Source: Sphaerodactylus townsendi
Lineage: Eukaryota
Reading direction: 5' to 3'
Length of the DNA stretch: 64,000 bases
Assembly (NCBI RefSeq): GCF_021028975.2
Contig: NC_059440.1
Span: 29,388,001-29,452,000 of the forward strand
The notes under the pieces were generated by a model that was given only the letters and a program-made list of their open reading frames with translations, did no database searches and was not told the origin of the DNA. The position numbers and the translations under genes are program-made. This document shows positions 11,401-32,374 of this stretch, one piece after another; positions within the stretch are counted from its first letter, which is position 1, and each line of letters starts with the position of its first letter.

Positions 11401-14400
11401 ACATTCTTCTTGAGGTCAATGGAGCACTGGGGGAGGGACCAAAGACGGAGAAACTGAGCCCTGTGACAGTAGGGGACCCCCAACCCTTTAATGCCCGCAA
11501 GACCCTCTGTGGAGAGAAGATGGGGGGCTGCCACCCAAAATGGCTGCTGCAGGAGGCAGAGCTGCACGTGACACCTCCTCGGTCGCTTTGCAAAAGAAAC
11601 AGCTCAGCAGCCACACTGGACTGGTCCTGGGTTGACTTTGCTTGGAAGCCAAGCCCTGGGAATAGGGACACAGATGACACTGGGGGGGAGGGGCTCCAGT
11701 GCTCCGGGCAGCTGCAGACACAGCTTTCCAAGACCCCCTCCTCTCCCCCTTCTCCCTCCAAACAGTTCAACTTCCACTGATTTAAGCATGCCTGCCTTGG
11801 CAGCATAATGAGTGTCTCCTTAAGGTGCTGGCTGGGCAGACATGGGGACGGCCAAAACAGTCATGGAAAAGGGCATTTGACTGCCCTGTGTGCCTCAGTG
11901 ACTCCATAAGTGGGCCCCACCTGGTGTGAGTTTTAAGCAGGAGAAGAGTTCAGATGGACTGCAGAGGCTCTGACCCGCTCACCTGGTGCCTCTTCAGCAT
12001 ATCCAGTCCTAGCAGCATGTCCATGGGCTGCTCTTCCAGGATGGAGAACGAGCAGGGCAGGAAATCCCCTTCAATCTGGACCTGAGCTGAAGCAGACGGA
12101 GAACTGCCTGTGAGCTTCCCAGAGGCTCCTGCCCTGGCTCCACACCGGCAGCCCCTCCTGTGCCCGCTTACCTAGATGCACTCGGCCAATGATCTTCTGA
12201 GTGCCCACGCCCTTCGCAATGCCGGCCCACCGCCGGTCCACCAGTCTTATGGGATGTTGCACCTCTCAAGCAAGCCAGTTCATGATGGTCATCTGAATTC
12301 TGAGACATACTGCATTGTCAAAAAGATTACAATCACTTGAGAGAGAGAAAAACCTATTGCCTTTTGCAAGGTCTTCCTCCCAATCGGGCATTTTTTCATA
12401 GAAGCTAAAATAAAGCTTCAAAAAATAAGCATACATGTAAGATTCATTTGTCACAGCATGACACCAAATTCTGGCAATTTAAAACAGCATTGGGGAACAA
12501 AACACCCCCAACACACAAAGATATAGGCACTGACTGCATCCCCCGCCCCCCGGTTCTAACATACTGGACATCCCACCCAAGTGTGCTTTCTGCCAAGCCA
12601 GCCGTCCGTCCCCCCGACAGTTTGCCCCAGCCAGCCCAGTCCGCTGAAGCAACAGATCCTTTCCAGTGCTGCTCTTGGTGGTCATAAGAACATAAGAACA
12701 AGCCAGCTGGATCAGACCAAGGTCCATCTAGTCCAGCTCTCTGCTACTCGCAGTGGCCCACCAGGTGCCTTTGGGAGCTCACATGTAGGATGTGAACGCA
12801 ATGGCCTTCTGCGGCTGTTGCTCCCGATCACCTGGTCTGTTAAGGCATTTGCAATCTCAGATCAAAGAGGATCTAGATTGGTAGCCATATAAATCGACTT
12901 CTCCTCCATAAATCCTGTCCAAGCCCCTTTTAAAGCTATAAAGGTTAGTGGCCAAATCACCACCTCCTGTAGCAGCATATTCCAAATGCCCACTCAATCA
13001 CACGTTAAGTGAAGAAGTGTTTCCTTTATTAGTCCCACCTTCTTTCCCCAGCATTTTCAAATTGAATGTCCCTCTGGTTCTCAGTATTGTAAGAAAGAGA
13101 TGAAAAATGCCTCTCTGTCAACATTTTCTACCCCATGCATAATTTTCTTGTAGGACTTCAATCATATCCCCCCCTCAGTCAGCCTCCTCTCCAAACTAAA
13201 GAGTCCCAAACGTAGCTGCAGCCTCTCCCTCATAGAGGAAGGTGCTCCAGTCCCTCAATCATCCTTGCTGCCCTTCTCTGCACTTTTTTTCTATCTCCTC
13301 AATATCCTTTTTGAGATGCGGCGACCAGAACTGGACACAGTACTCCAAGTGCGCGGCTCCACTGCTTTTATATAAGGGCATGACAATCTTTGCAGTTTTA
13401 TTATCAATTCCTTTTCTAATGATCCCCAGCATAGAGTTTGCCTTTTTCACAGCTGCCATGCATTGAGTTGACATTCCCATGGAACTATCAACTAAGACGC
13501 CCAAATCCCTTTCCTGGTCTGTGACTGATAGCACTGACCCCTGTAGCGTGTATGTGAAGTTTGGATTTTTTGCCCCTATGTGCATCACTTTACATTTTGC
13601 TACATTGAACTGCATTTGCCATTTCTGAGCCCACTCATCTAATTTATCAAGGTCCGCTTGGAGCTCTTCGCAATCCTTTGTGGTTCTCACCACGCTACAT
13701 AATTTTAGGGTGGTGAGAACCACAAAGAACCATAATTTTAGGGTCCTTTCGCTAGAGACACCGTGGACTGAACCCAGGACCCTCAGCAAGCCAGAAAAAG
13801 GCAGGCGTGCACAGCGCTGAAGGCAGGCCCAGGGCAGAGGGCCCCCAACACCCCCGGTCGTGCTGTGCCTGAGCCAGAAGGAAAGAAAAGGGAAGGGGCG
13901 CCCCCTCCAGCCTCACCCGAGTCCACAAAGGCCTTCACGGGGTGGCCGTTCACCTTGCAGTTGATGTAGAGCATGACCACCTGGCCGAAGCTCTCGGGGG
14001 CCTCTTCCATGGCAATTGTCATGTTCTCCTCGATGTTCTGCTGCCTGGAGCCAAGGGCCAAAGAAAAGGCTCAGTGCTCCTGAGGCCTGACGCTGCTCGT
14101 TCCTGGGCGGGCCAGGCAGCCTGTCTTCAGGTGGATGTGTGGCCCTGGGGTGGTGGTGGAGGCCAACCCTCCATGGGCCCAGAATAAGGCGCACGGGCTG
14201 TGAACGGGGGCTGCCGTGCCCCCTCGCCCACCCAGGACACATGGGGCTAGAGGGAGCCCTGAGGTGCAGGAGGCTAAACTGCTCCCGTGCGCCCTCTTCT
14301 CCCCTCCCACCTGCTCCAGGGAGTGACCATCCCTCGCCAGACAGCCACTTTACTGTGCAGAGATCCCCCAGCTCCCAAAGGCCCAGCTGGGCAGCAGAGC

Positions 14401-17400
14401 CAGGGCTGCCCTGCTTAACTCCTGGGTTCAAACTAGATCCCCCCACCCCACAGCATCGAGGCCTGGCCCCTTGGGCTGGTTACCGGATGTCCTCCTCGAT
14501 CTTTGCCTGAGCCTCCAGGTCAAAAGGGTCCGCAGAGAACAGACGGAGCCTCTCCTGCTCCCGGCGGGCCCGATCCTGCTGCTGCTCCACCAGGACCTGG
14601 GTGAACTTCTCTGCAGACATAAAGAACCCAGGCAGGTTGGAGGCCAGAAAAGACACCCATCAAGGCGGCAACCATCGCCCACGCAGAAACATTCAAAAAA
14701 CATTGTGGTAGGAAGAGACAACCCCCCTCCCCCCCGCACCCAAACTCCTCTCCCTAGCTGGAAAAACACTGCCTGTCTTCTGATGCTGTCACTCAAGCGC
14801 TTCAACCAAACAGCAAAAACAGAATCCTCAAAGAGGTGGCTGCCCCTGTGTGAGATCTGTGGGTAAGCAAACACCAGAACTCTTTGCAGCTGCTTTTATC
14901 ATAGCGACAGGTGATTTGAGGGCTCACTTAAAGTGGCAATCCCCCCCCCACACCCCACACACAAGATTTTGCTTTGCTGAACAGCCTCAAAGCCCAAACT
15001 TTGATTCAGCCTCCTTGGAGAACAGCCCCCATGGTTTCCCAACGGAAGAAGTGGAAGAGCGCCATTGTGCCAAAGCTCCACTTCAGCCTAACCAGAATGC
15101 ATTCCTTGCTGACGTAACATTCCAGCCGAGGAGCTGCGGATCAGTGGGTGCGCATCTGCTCGGCATGCAGAAGGGCCCCAGGTTCTATCCCCACCACCCT
15201 CGATGGAAAGAACTGGTCATAGCTGATGTGGAAGACCTCTGACTTGAGACCCTGGAGAGTAGCTGCCGGCCTGAGCAGAAAATACTGACTCAGATGGTTT
15301 GGTTCAGTAAGAGGCAGCTTCGTGGCCAGCAATCACCCTTCCGACAGGAGCCACTCGGCCCCCACATCGCCACCGCAGCAGGAGAGTGAGATGCTTTCAC
15401 ACATACCAGCGAAGGAGGACTGCCCCAGGATGCTCCCGGGGTCACAGCAGGCCTCAGCCCCAGAAAGACCAGACGGAGCAACGGTTCACTACTTAGCAGT
15501 GTTATTCATGGCACCCATGTGCCCCCTTCCCAAGTAACCCTCCCACCAAATGCTCCAGCTTCTATCAAAGGCAGAAACTACTGCCCACCTGCAGAACAGC
15601 CCACCCCTGCGAGCCAGGAGGCAGCCCCCCAGTGGCTGGAGAAAAACCCCCTTGGCTGAGTGCGACTTCCTGGCCAGCATCCTCAGCCTGATGGCAGGTT
15701 CCAAAGGGAGAAACCAGTCACCTCCACACAGCCAGGCCGAGTGGGGTGGGGGTGGGGAGCCTCCTCTGCCTCGCCCAGCCACTCACCAAGGTCTCCGCTC
15801 AGCAAGGCCTCCGCCAGGGGCGGGTTGCGCTCCTTCAGCAGCGAGAGCTCGTGTGGGTTGGACAGCAGCATGTCCCGGAGGAGGCCAGGGTTGTCCAAAC
15901 CTGGAGGCGCGGGGGGGACTTCGGGAGGAGACGCGCGAGAGGGCGGCCCAGGCTGTTGTGGGGGCATCGGTGCTGTTTGGGCCGACGTCCCGGGCACCGT
16001 GATGCTGCTGAAGTCTATCCGGGGCAAACCTGGGGAGAAGGAGAAACTCCTCAGCAGGCTGATGCCGCGCAGCCCACCCTGAACCAGGAGGTGCTGCAGA
16101 AGGATCCCCCCCCCCCCCGGGAACTAATCGCCTTTGTATCTGCACCGAGGATCCCCTTGGAAGCAACTGGCTCCATCCTACCATCCTAAGGAGACACTTT
16201 TCTTGGACCACCCCAACATTCTTGGTATGGTCGCATAGCAGGGGGATGGGGGACATATGGGGCCAAATGTCCCTGGGCTGTGGCCATTTTGTCACATGGG
16301 GGGTGATATTTCACACCCCTCCTCCTTCCAATAAACTGGGTCCATAAACTGACTTCAAGACTTGGTGCAAAAAAACCCTGTTTGGTCATGGTGGGGGAGG
16401 GCAGCTGCCTGTAGGGGGGGGGGACTTTTTTGCACCGAGCTCCATTTCCCCTAGATATGCCTCTGGCCCACCGCAGAAGTGGCGGCCCCCAAAGCTTGCT
16501 TTCAAAACCTGAAAGTGTCCACAGACGTAACAAGGTCAGCCAAGAACCCTGCTTTAAGCACAGCTCTTTCCACCAGGCGTCTCCAGGGCGCACGGCAGTT
16601 CGGGCTAGCTAGGGAGATAGTGAACAGACCACAGTTAGTCTTGTGCTGCTCTAGTCCTTCTGGGTTCTTATGCCATTTTGCCAGACTTGAGATGAGAATC
16701 GCAGATCTCTTTTGCCAAGACCACCCAGGGCTGTGGGTCCGTGGCGAGCCCGCTCAACTCCCTAGAACCTGGACTGGGGCTGGGTCTTCAGGCAAAAAGT
16801 GCCTGCACTTGAGGCCTCAACAATCCCAAATGCTTTCCACAAGGGTCTGTAGACAGCGCTCCCACCCAATGTGGAAAAGAAGTGTCTCTCCCCCCAGGAC
16901 CAAGAAACCTAATACCCTCCCTCTTCAGATGCTTCTGCAACGGCACCTCCCCTTTCTACTGCAGGGTGTCCAGCCAGTCCGCAGAAGGGGCCTGCATAGG
17001 ACCCGAGATCAACAGGTACTGCGGTCGGGGGTGGGGGAAAGGCAGCCCAACCCCAACCCCAGATTGAAGTCACAGATAACAATACTTTCACCCGCACTTA
17101 TCACAGTAGCTTCTGATGACATGGCAAAGCGAAACCAGAGAATCAAGGAACTGTGCCTCAACCTGACCCAAGGGTGCTGCTCTCACCAGGGAAGGCAGCT
17201 GCCGGCCGTTTTTCTGCATTCTCCACTTGCTGCAATACCACCACATCTCCATCTTTCAGTCCGTAGGAAGCCAGTGATCTATGGTTGTCAGTTAGGGGCA
17301 CCTCTGCATAGACAATCTGGAGGAAAAAGGGAGGCTAGTGAAAAGCTGACCAAGAAGTTCCAACTGAGCAGAGGGCAGCTTATGGTCCAGATCGGCCTCT

Positions 17401-18426
17401 CCAGCAGGCTCCCAGCCACGGCCATTCCTGTGCTCACTGCCAATTCATTTCACTGAAGCCCCTTCGGCTTGGGAGGGTTAAAGGGGCTGAGGTGCCACTT
17501 TCTGGACACAGGGCTGGCAGCCGGAGCTCCCCTCACTGCAATTCATCCAATCCCACCCCGTTTCTTTTTCCACGTAGGTGGCCCTGCCTCGAATTGACCC
17601 GGAGGACTCTGCTTCCTCAGCAGCCCTGATTGTAAACCGAGAGCTTCGCCCCACCCGGCCCCCAAGCAGCAGCCACCCACCCACCCCCGCCGCAGGGTTT
17701 GGCAGGGAGACACCTGGCAGGAGAAAGGCGTCCTCCGCCCACCCCCATCTGCTGCACCCTGACGACGGTGGTGCCAAGTGGGAAGCAAAGAGCTGCTCCT
17801 CCAGATCCCTGGGCCCTCCCCAACCACCGGGGCTGAGAGGCGGGGCGGGGAAGGGCGAGGACCGGGCGCCCTCCTCCTCCTCCGGCCTCTGCCAACCCTG
17901 GCCCAGCCTGCCAAGAGCGCCCACCGGCCCACACAGCCCGGGGCAGCCCAGCCCCCTCCCTTCCCGCGGCCCCCACCGGGCAGGGCGGAGCAGACCAGAG
18001 CCGCGGGGGGAGGAAGAGGGGGGCAGCCAGCCCAGGCCAAGGAATCTGCCGCGTCCCCGACTCTTAAAATAGCCTCTCTCGCGGGCGGGCGGGCGGGCGG
18101 GCGGGCGGGCGGGGGGGAGAGAGGGGAGGAGCGGCCGCCCCGCCCGCGGGGTCCCGGCCAGCCAAGGGGCAGAGCGAAGGGGGGGCCGGCGGACTGAGCC
18201 CCCTCCCGGCGGGGCCGTGGCGCGGGGCGCCCCCCCTTCCCTTCCCTTCCCTTCCCTTCCCTCCCTCCCTCCCCCCCGGGGCGCGGACCTGGCTCTCGGC
18301 GGCGGGGATGCCGGACTCGAGCTCGCAGAGGGCGCGGAAGTTCTGGAGCTCGAAGTCCGCGTCCACCTGCAGCGAGAAGGTCAGCTCGGAGCGGTCCCGC
18401 CGCAGGCAGAAGACCGTCAGCAGCAT
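8440..18426 (-). CDS. DDI2: DDI2, DNA damage-inducible 1 homolog 2 (UBL, HDD, retroviral-like aspartic protease, UIM); about 401 aa
   Basis: Exons: 18426-18289 ([27 protein letters not shown]..), 17316-17187, 16029-15787, 14610-14484, 14044-13917 (..KAFVDS-G, catalytic Asp), about 12299-12172 (5' part corrupted by indels), 12086-11983, 11426-11237, 8456-8440 (EHQKP*; exon extends to 8393). All introns are GT-AG and phases are consistent except at exon 6. Confidence 0.95.
10947..11124. repeat. AT-rich hairpin insertion flanked by a 14-bp direct repeat
   Basis: agttctaggaaact at 10947-10960 and 11111-11124. Perfect 22-bp inverted repeat at 11003-11024 / 11086-11107, plus an inner 14-bp inverted repeat at 11036-11049 / 11067-11080. 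Confidence 0.85.
12683..13706 (-). mobile_element. 5'-truncated CR1 LINE in DDI2 intron 5
   Basis: ORF2 RT C-terminal part [69 protein letters not shown]. The 3' terminal repeat (cataagaa)2 is at 12683. Confidence 0.93.
15128..15325 (+). mobile_element. tRNA-derived squamate SINE (Squam-like), diverged
   Basis: tRNA-like head (cagtgggtgcgcatctgctcggcatgcagaagggcccaggttc) followed by a gaccctggagag..ctgccggcctgag body. Family assignment is from memory. Confidence 0.6.
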
Positions 18427-18800
18427 CGCGGAGGGACCCCGCCGCCGCCGCCGCCGCCGCCGCCTGAGGCCCGCCTGCCCGGAAGGAAGACGCGCGCTTT
18501 ACGGCAGGCGGGCGGCGGTCGCAAATCCAGAGACTGGGCGGGCGCTCTGCGCATGCTCGAAGGCGGGGCGGGAGCGGAGCAGCCTCCCCCCGGAAGGACT
18601 GCAGGTGGGCGGGGGCGGGGCTTAGCCCCCCAGCATAGTCCGCCCCGCAGCCCCTCCCCTCCGCAGAGCGGCATCCCCGGTCTTCAGCCCCCCCCCCCGC
18701 AGCAGCGGCTGACGTCGCCTGGGGGGCAGAGGTCATTCCGGGGAGATCTCCAACCCCCCCCCCCTGCAGGTGCTTCTGCAGGGGGCAGCGCCTCAGTGGG
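17680..18800. promoter_or_regulatory. CpG island / DDI2 promoter
   Basis: CpG-dense region around exon 1. NRF1-like TGCGCATGCT at about 18548, several GC boxes, and CRE-like TGACGTCG at about 18710. Confidence 0.75.
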
Positions 18801-19062
18801 GGCCACAGGCTGCCTTTTGCCACCCCAAATCCCTCCCACCCCCCGCACCCTCTTCCAGCCAGACTCAGGCAAGAGCCTATTTCACGCAGCAGGGAGTCCC
18901 CCTGCCTCAGACAGGAGTTTGGGCTCTGCAGGCTTCAGGTGGTTCCTGCTCCTTCAGACCCGGCAGGCTCCCAGGCTGCTTTCATCCCTGCCCTCAGCAA
19001 AGCCTGCTTGGCACCCAGTCCCCAAATGGACACAAACAAGAGCGAGGAGAGGGAACAGCGCT

Positions 19063-19068
19063 TTTATT
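19063..19068 (-). terminator. DDOST polyadenylation signal (AATAAA)
   Basis: tttatt on the + strand, 140 nt past the DDOST stop. It is the only clear signal before the DDI2 promoter. Confidence 0.6.
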
Positions 19069-19207
19069 TTGGGAAAGATGAACAAGACGGCCCCTTGGGC
19101 CCAGAGCCAGCCCACCCACCCACCTACAGTAGATTGGCAGCAAAACTTCTTGTGGAACGCCTGCCCCTCTCCCCCCCCAGTCATGAACCCACGGCAAGGC
19201 CTCCCAC

Positions 19208-24186
<4,979 letters not shown>

Positions 24187-24189
24187 CTT

Positions 24190-24760
24190 CACAGGTCCCT
24201 CGGGCAGGGCGAGGGAGGAGCGCCGCCGCCGGCCCGCCAATCAGAAAAGGACGCTGCCTCACGTCCGCAGGCGCGACTACGCGCGAACCTCCAATCAGCC
24301 GAGTCCAGCTCCCGCCAGGCCCGCCTCCCCTCACTCGGGAGCCAATCAAGGGCAGACAGCTCCGGCCCCTCGAACGCTTCGTGGTTCTCCCACCCGCCGC
24401 CGCCGCAGAGGAGGCGCGTCAGCCTGAGACCAATCCGACGCCGCGACAGGTTCTTACGTAGAAAAAGAGCGCCAGCCCGAACGAGGGTTGCCATGGCAAC
24501 GGAAGCGCCCGCCGATTTTCCACCCCAGCGGTGACGTTTCCCCCCCGCCCCCCACACAGAAAGACCACACAGCAAATGGCGTGGCGGTTGGAAACGTTTA
24601 TTTCGGGCGACAAAATATCTCGGCTGAACATCTGACAGACATCAACTGCCGCCCCACCCCCCCACCCCTTGTACGCAGGTCCCGCCTCTGACGGCGCTAC
24701 GGGCAGCTTTTGCTGACCACGCGCCACGTCCAATACCCGGGGCGGGGTGTGTGTGTGCTC
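24190..24760. promoter_or_regulatory. DDOST CpG-island promoter with four CCAAT boxes and a perfect RFX X-box
   Basis: CCAAT at about 24237, 24292, 24343 and 24430. Palindromic GTTGCCATGGCAAC at 24487-24500. ACGT-core (XBP1/ATF6-like) sites at about 24533 and 24725. Confidence 0.75.
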
Positions 24761-25348
24761 GGTCTGCCCTGCTTCCCACTTCCGTGATTCTTGTCCCATT
24801 GGGCTGCTGTCCAGCGGGTGACCTGCCTTAATTCCTCTTGACAAAGGCCAGGTATAAGTAAACATTTAGGATATAAATAAACATGTCTATGAATAAATAA
24901 TCGTTTAAAATATAATCATTTTAAATAGCAGCATGAATTAATTAATACCGTTAAATAAATAGCATGCCCACATGAAATTCCTTTCCAATGACATCTGACC
25001 ACAGGCAGGCACTTGGCAGCCCCACGAAGCCCACAGGAAGATGAGCCACAAACATTTGCCAGGAGAGGCACAATTTGGAATAAAACGTGATTCTTCTCAG
25101 TGCACTTTGAAGTCTTCCTGGGGCTGCAGGGAACTGTTGCACGAGGAGGAACATTTTCCCATTTATCTTACATACCTGCCCCCACTCCTCAAACAGGCCA
25201 ACTCCTGAAATGTAACAGCTATTATGAAATATTACAGCTCTACAAGACTCACATGGTTTTGCTGTTACAGACTAATCCAGCCACCCTTGTAAAACTGATG
25301 TTTCAATAACGTTTAATTTACAGATTGTATTAGTGGTCCCCCCCATAT

Positions 25349-25515
25349 AGGTAAAAGTGGTCATCTGGGCAAGCACTGAGTCATTACTGATCTGTTGGGT
25401 AGCATCACATTCTATTGACTACGAGGCAGACCATGTTTTGAGAGTGGTTTGCCATTGCCTTCCCCAGTTATCTACACTTTACCCCAGCAATCTGGGCACT
25501 CACTTTACCAACCCC
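25349..25515 (-). mobile_element. Sauria SINE-like fragment
   Basis: gtggtttgccattgccttccccag..tctacactttaccccagcaatctgggcactcactttacc matches the remembered Sauria SINE 3' region. Confidence 0.65.
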
Positions 25516-25904
25516 CAAACCAGGCAAATATAAAAGAGGCTGAAAGAGCAACATCCTTACTGTAAATTTTGAAAATTATTCTTACCGAGTCTAAGCAATG
25601 ATAATGAATCACTGAAGTTAATGTGATGTCTTGCCCTGAATTACTAGAACAATTAAGAGGGTGTTGACCGCTCCTTAACGCCCAGAGATGTTGATGTATT
25701 GGAAGCCTTTGGCTAGATAAGTTTGCTATGGACATTCATATTCTACTAAGCTGAGACTGAACCTGTACTATGAAGGATCCATACCACATCAGGACCACTA
25801 GGCAAGCCAAAGAGAGGAAAGTGTGGTGCTGCTTGGATACCACAACGTTGTTTGTACAACTCTACATGGATGATACAGATGGTTAAACAAGAGTCCCTTT
25901 GCCA

Positions 25905-30426
<4,522 letters not shown>

Positions 30427-30876
30427 GGCTGCAGGCGGCTGGGGAGGCGCGCGCCCGCCCGCGCCCAGGTGAGCATCGCCGGCCCGCAGCCAGGCGCGCC
30501 CCCCGCCCCGGGTCACCCGCCCACGGCCGCCCGCGGCATTGCCGCTCAGGCGCCCCCGGCCCGGGAGCTCCGCTGCTCCGGTTACCTGCCCGAACCACCG
30601 GCCAGCCAATCGGCGGCCAGGAAGGCGAGGCCCCGCCCCCGCGGGCGGCCGGGAGGGATGGAGACCAGGCCCGGCAGGGGAGCATCCGGGACCCGCCGCC
30701 AGGTGACCCCGGAGGCGGCGGCGGCGGCGGCTCTGGCAGGGCTGCTGCCCGCCTTGACCAAGGCTGGCCCGCAGCTGGCAGCAGGAGGCCGGGAAAGGGC
30801 GGCAGGTGGGGCTGCCAAACAAGCAGGGCGGGGGAGGCCAGGCAGGAGTGGCCCCTCCGCCAGGCTCCCTTAGATG

Positions 30877-31073
30877 CCCGCTGTGCTTTGCTGCACCTCT
30901 GCCAGAAGGCCGGGAACGGGCACAGGCCGGGAACGGGCACAGGCCGGCCATGGGCTTGGCACAAGGCAAGGGGGGGGGGGAGGGCATCTAAGCCTTAGTG
31001 GACATTGCCTTGTGGCCAGCCCATTCCTGGCCTGCCCCGGCCTTCTGGCAGAGGTGCAGCAAAACACAGCGGG
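30877..31073. repeat. Long inverted repeat (MITE-like) upstream of SH2D5
   Basis: 30877-30914 and 31036-31073 are reverse complements at 37/38 positions. Inner arms at 30950-30969 / 31005-31024. Internal 17-bp tandem duplication aggccgggaacgggcac. Confidence 0.85.
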
Positions 31074-31712
31074 AGACTCATTACAGGGGGAGGACGAGAC
31101 AGAGAGCCTGCTGCCCTGCCCCTGGAGTCGAGGGGACCCAGCTGTCCCCAGGGAGGTGCAGGAAATCCCTGCCCGGCATCTGAAGGCCCTCCTGGGCGCC
31201 CCAGGTTCCAGCTAGCCCTCTGGGGGAGTTGTGCAAGGATCTGTCCTGACCCTTTTCAGCCCTGAAGGACGCCCTCTGACTCTGACTGCTACCCTCTGTG
31301 CTTTTGCGCAGGGACACCTCATTGAACAGGCTGCAAAATCCACTCCCACCCCCTGCTCCCCCATAACAAGTAGAAAGAAGCCCCCTTCGCACTACAGAGA
31401 GGCAGAAGCACAGAAGCCCCAGGTCTGGCAGGGGACTCCCCCCTCCCTCAGCCAAACTATTTCTACTTCACCTGGTTAGCAGAAGCCTTCAAAAGACAGT
31501 CATGACCTGCTAGGCCCCCAGATCACTTTCTGGGGTGGACACATGTAGGGTAGGACAGGGGTCCAACCTGATGCCCACTAAGCAGGGAGGGGGGGGGCTC
31601 TTGCTCCGGGCTGCTGTCAATGTGATGCCTCAGCCCACCCCACCTGGGTCCCAGGCCAGGACCTTCTGGCAGCAACAAAAGACACAGCCCAGCCAGGCCT
31701 TCAAGTCTCGGT

Positions 31713-31718
31713 TTTATT
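31713..31718 (-). terminator. HP1BP3 polyadenylation signal (AATAAA)
   Basis: tttatt on the + strand at the end of an AT-richer 3' UTR. Confidence 0.6.
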
Positions 31719-32374
31719 TAGCAAACAGCAAATCCGTTCCTTATTGGCTCTACGTGAGCAAACAGAGCAAACAGATAATTCTCTTGACATTTCTTATGCT
31801 TTTTTCCATTAAAAAAGGGGGCAGCAAGTGACAGAAAAATGCAGATTCCTCGTCTCTCTTTAAAAAGAACACGTTTCAAAAGTTGAGTTCGTGACAACCT
31901 TTTTTTAACAGACGGAGAAGCAACTCCTGGGGATGGGGGGGGAGGCGGGGGGAGAAGGCAAGCAACTAAGCTAAGCACGAAACCAGCCCCGGCAGGGCCC
32001 AGATTCCCCTCCAGGTTCTTATGGGAAAAGACCAGTCTGGAAACCCAGGGGGGGCCTTCCCCAAGCCAGAGCAAGAAGGCCCCTCCTGGCCGTCACCTCT
32101 GCCCCCCCCCCCCCAAAGCAGCGGCTTCCGCTTTCTAGAAATATAGAAATTTGCTTTGCAACCCCTGTACAAAGAAACGTTTGCTTCGGGGGAGCCCTGG
32201 GCTGCCAGAGGTTGGTTCTGAGGCCAGAGAGGGAGGGAGAGGGGAGGCCCGGCTCAGACCCGAGTGCTCAGGGAAAGGCAGACTCTGCCGGCGTTGGGAG
32301 GTTCTGCTTTTTCTCCCCAGCTCAAGGAAGGGAGGGGAAAGGAAAGAGAGAGAGAGAACTAGGTACGCGTTGAA

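Noticed and set aside
16479-17456. 325-aa plus-strand ORF antisense to DDI2 exon 2
   Set aside because: Non-ATG start, no recognisable domain, and it runs through intronic sequence.
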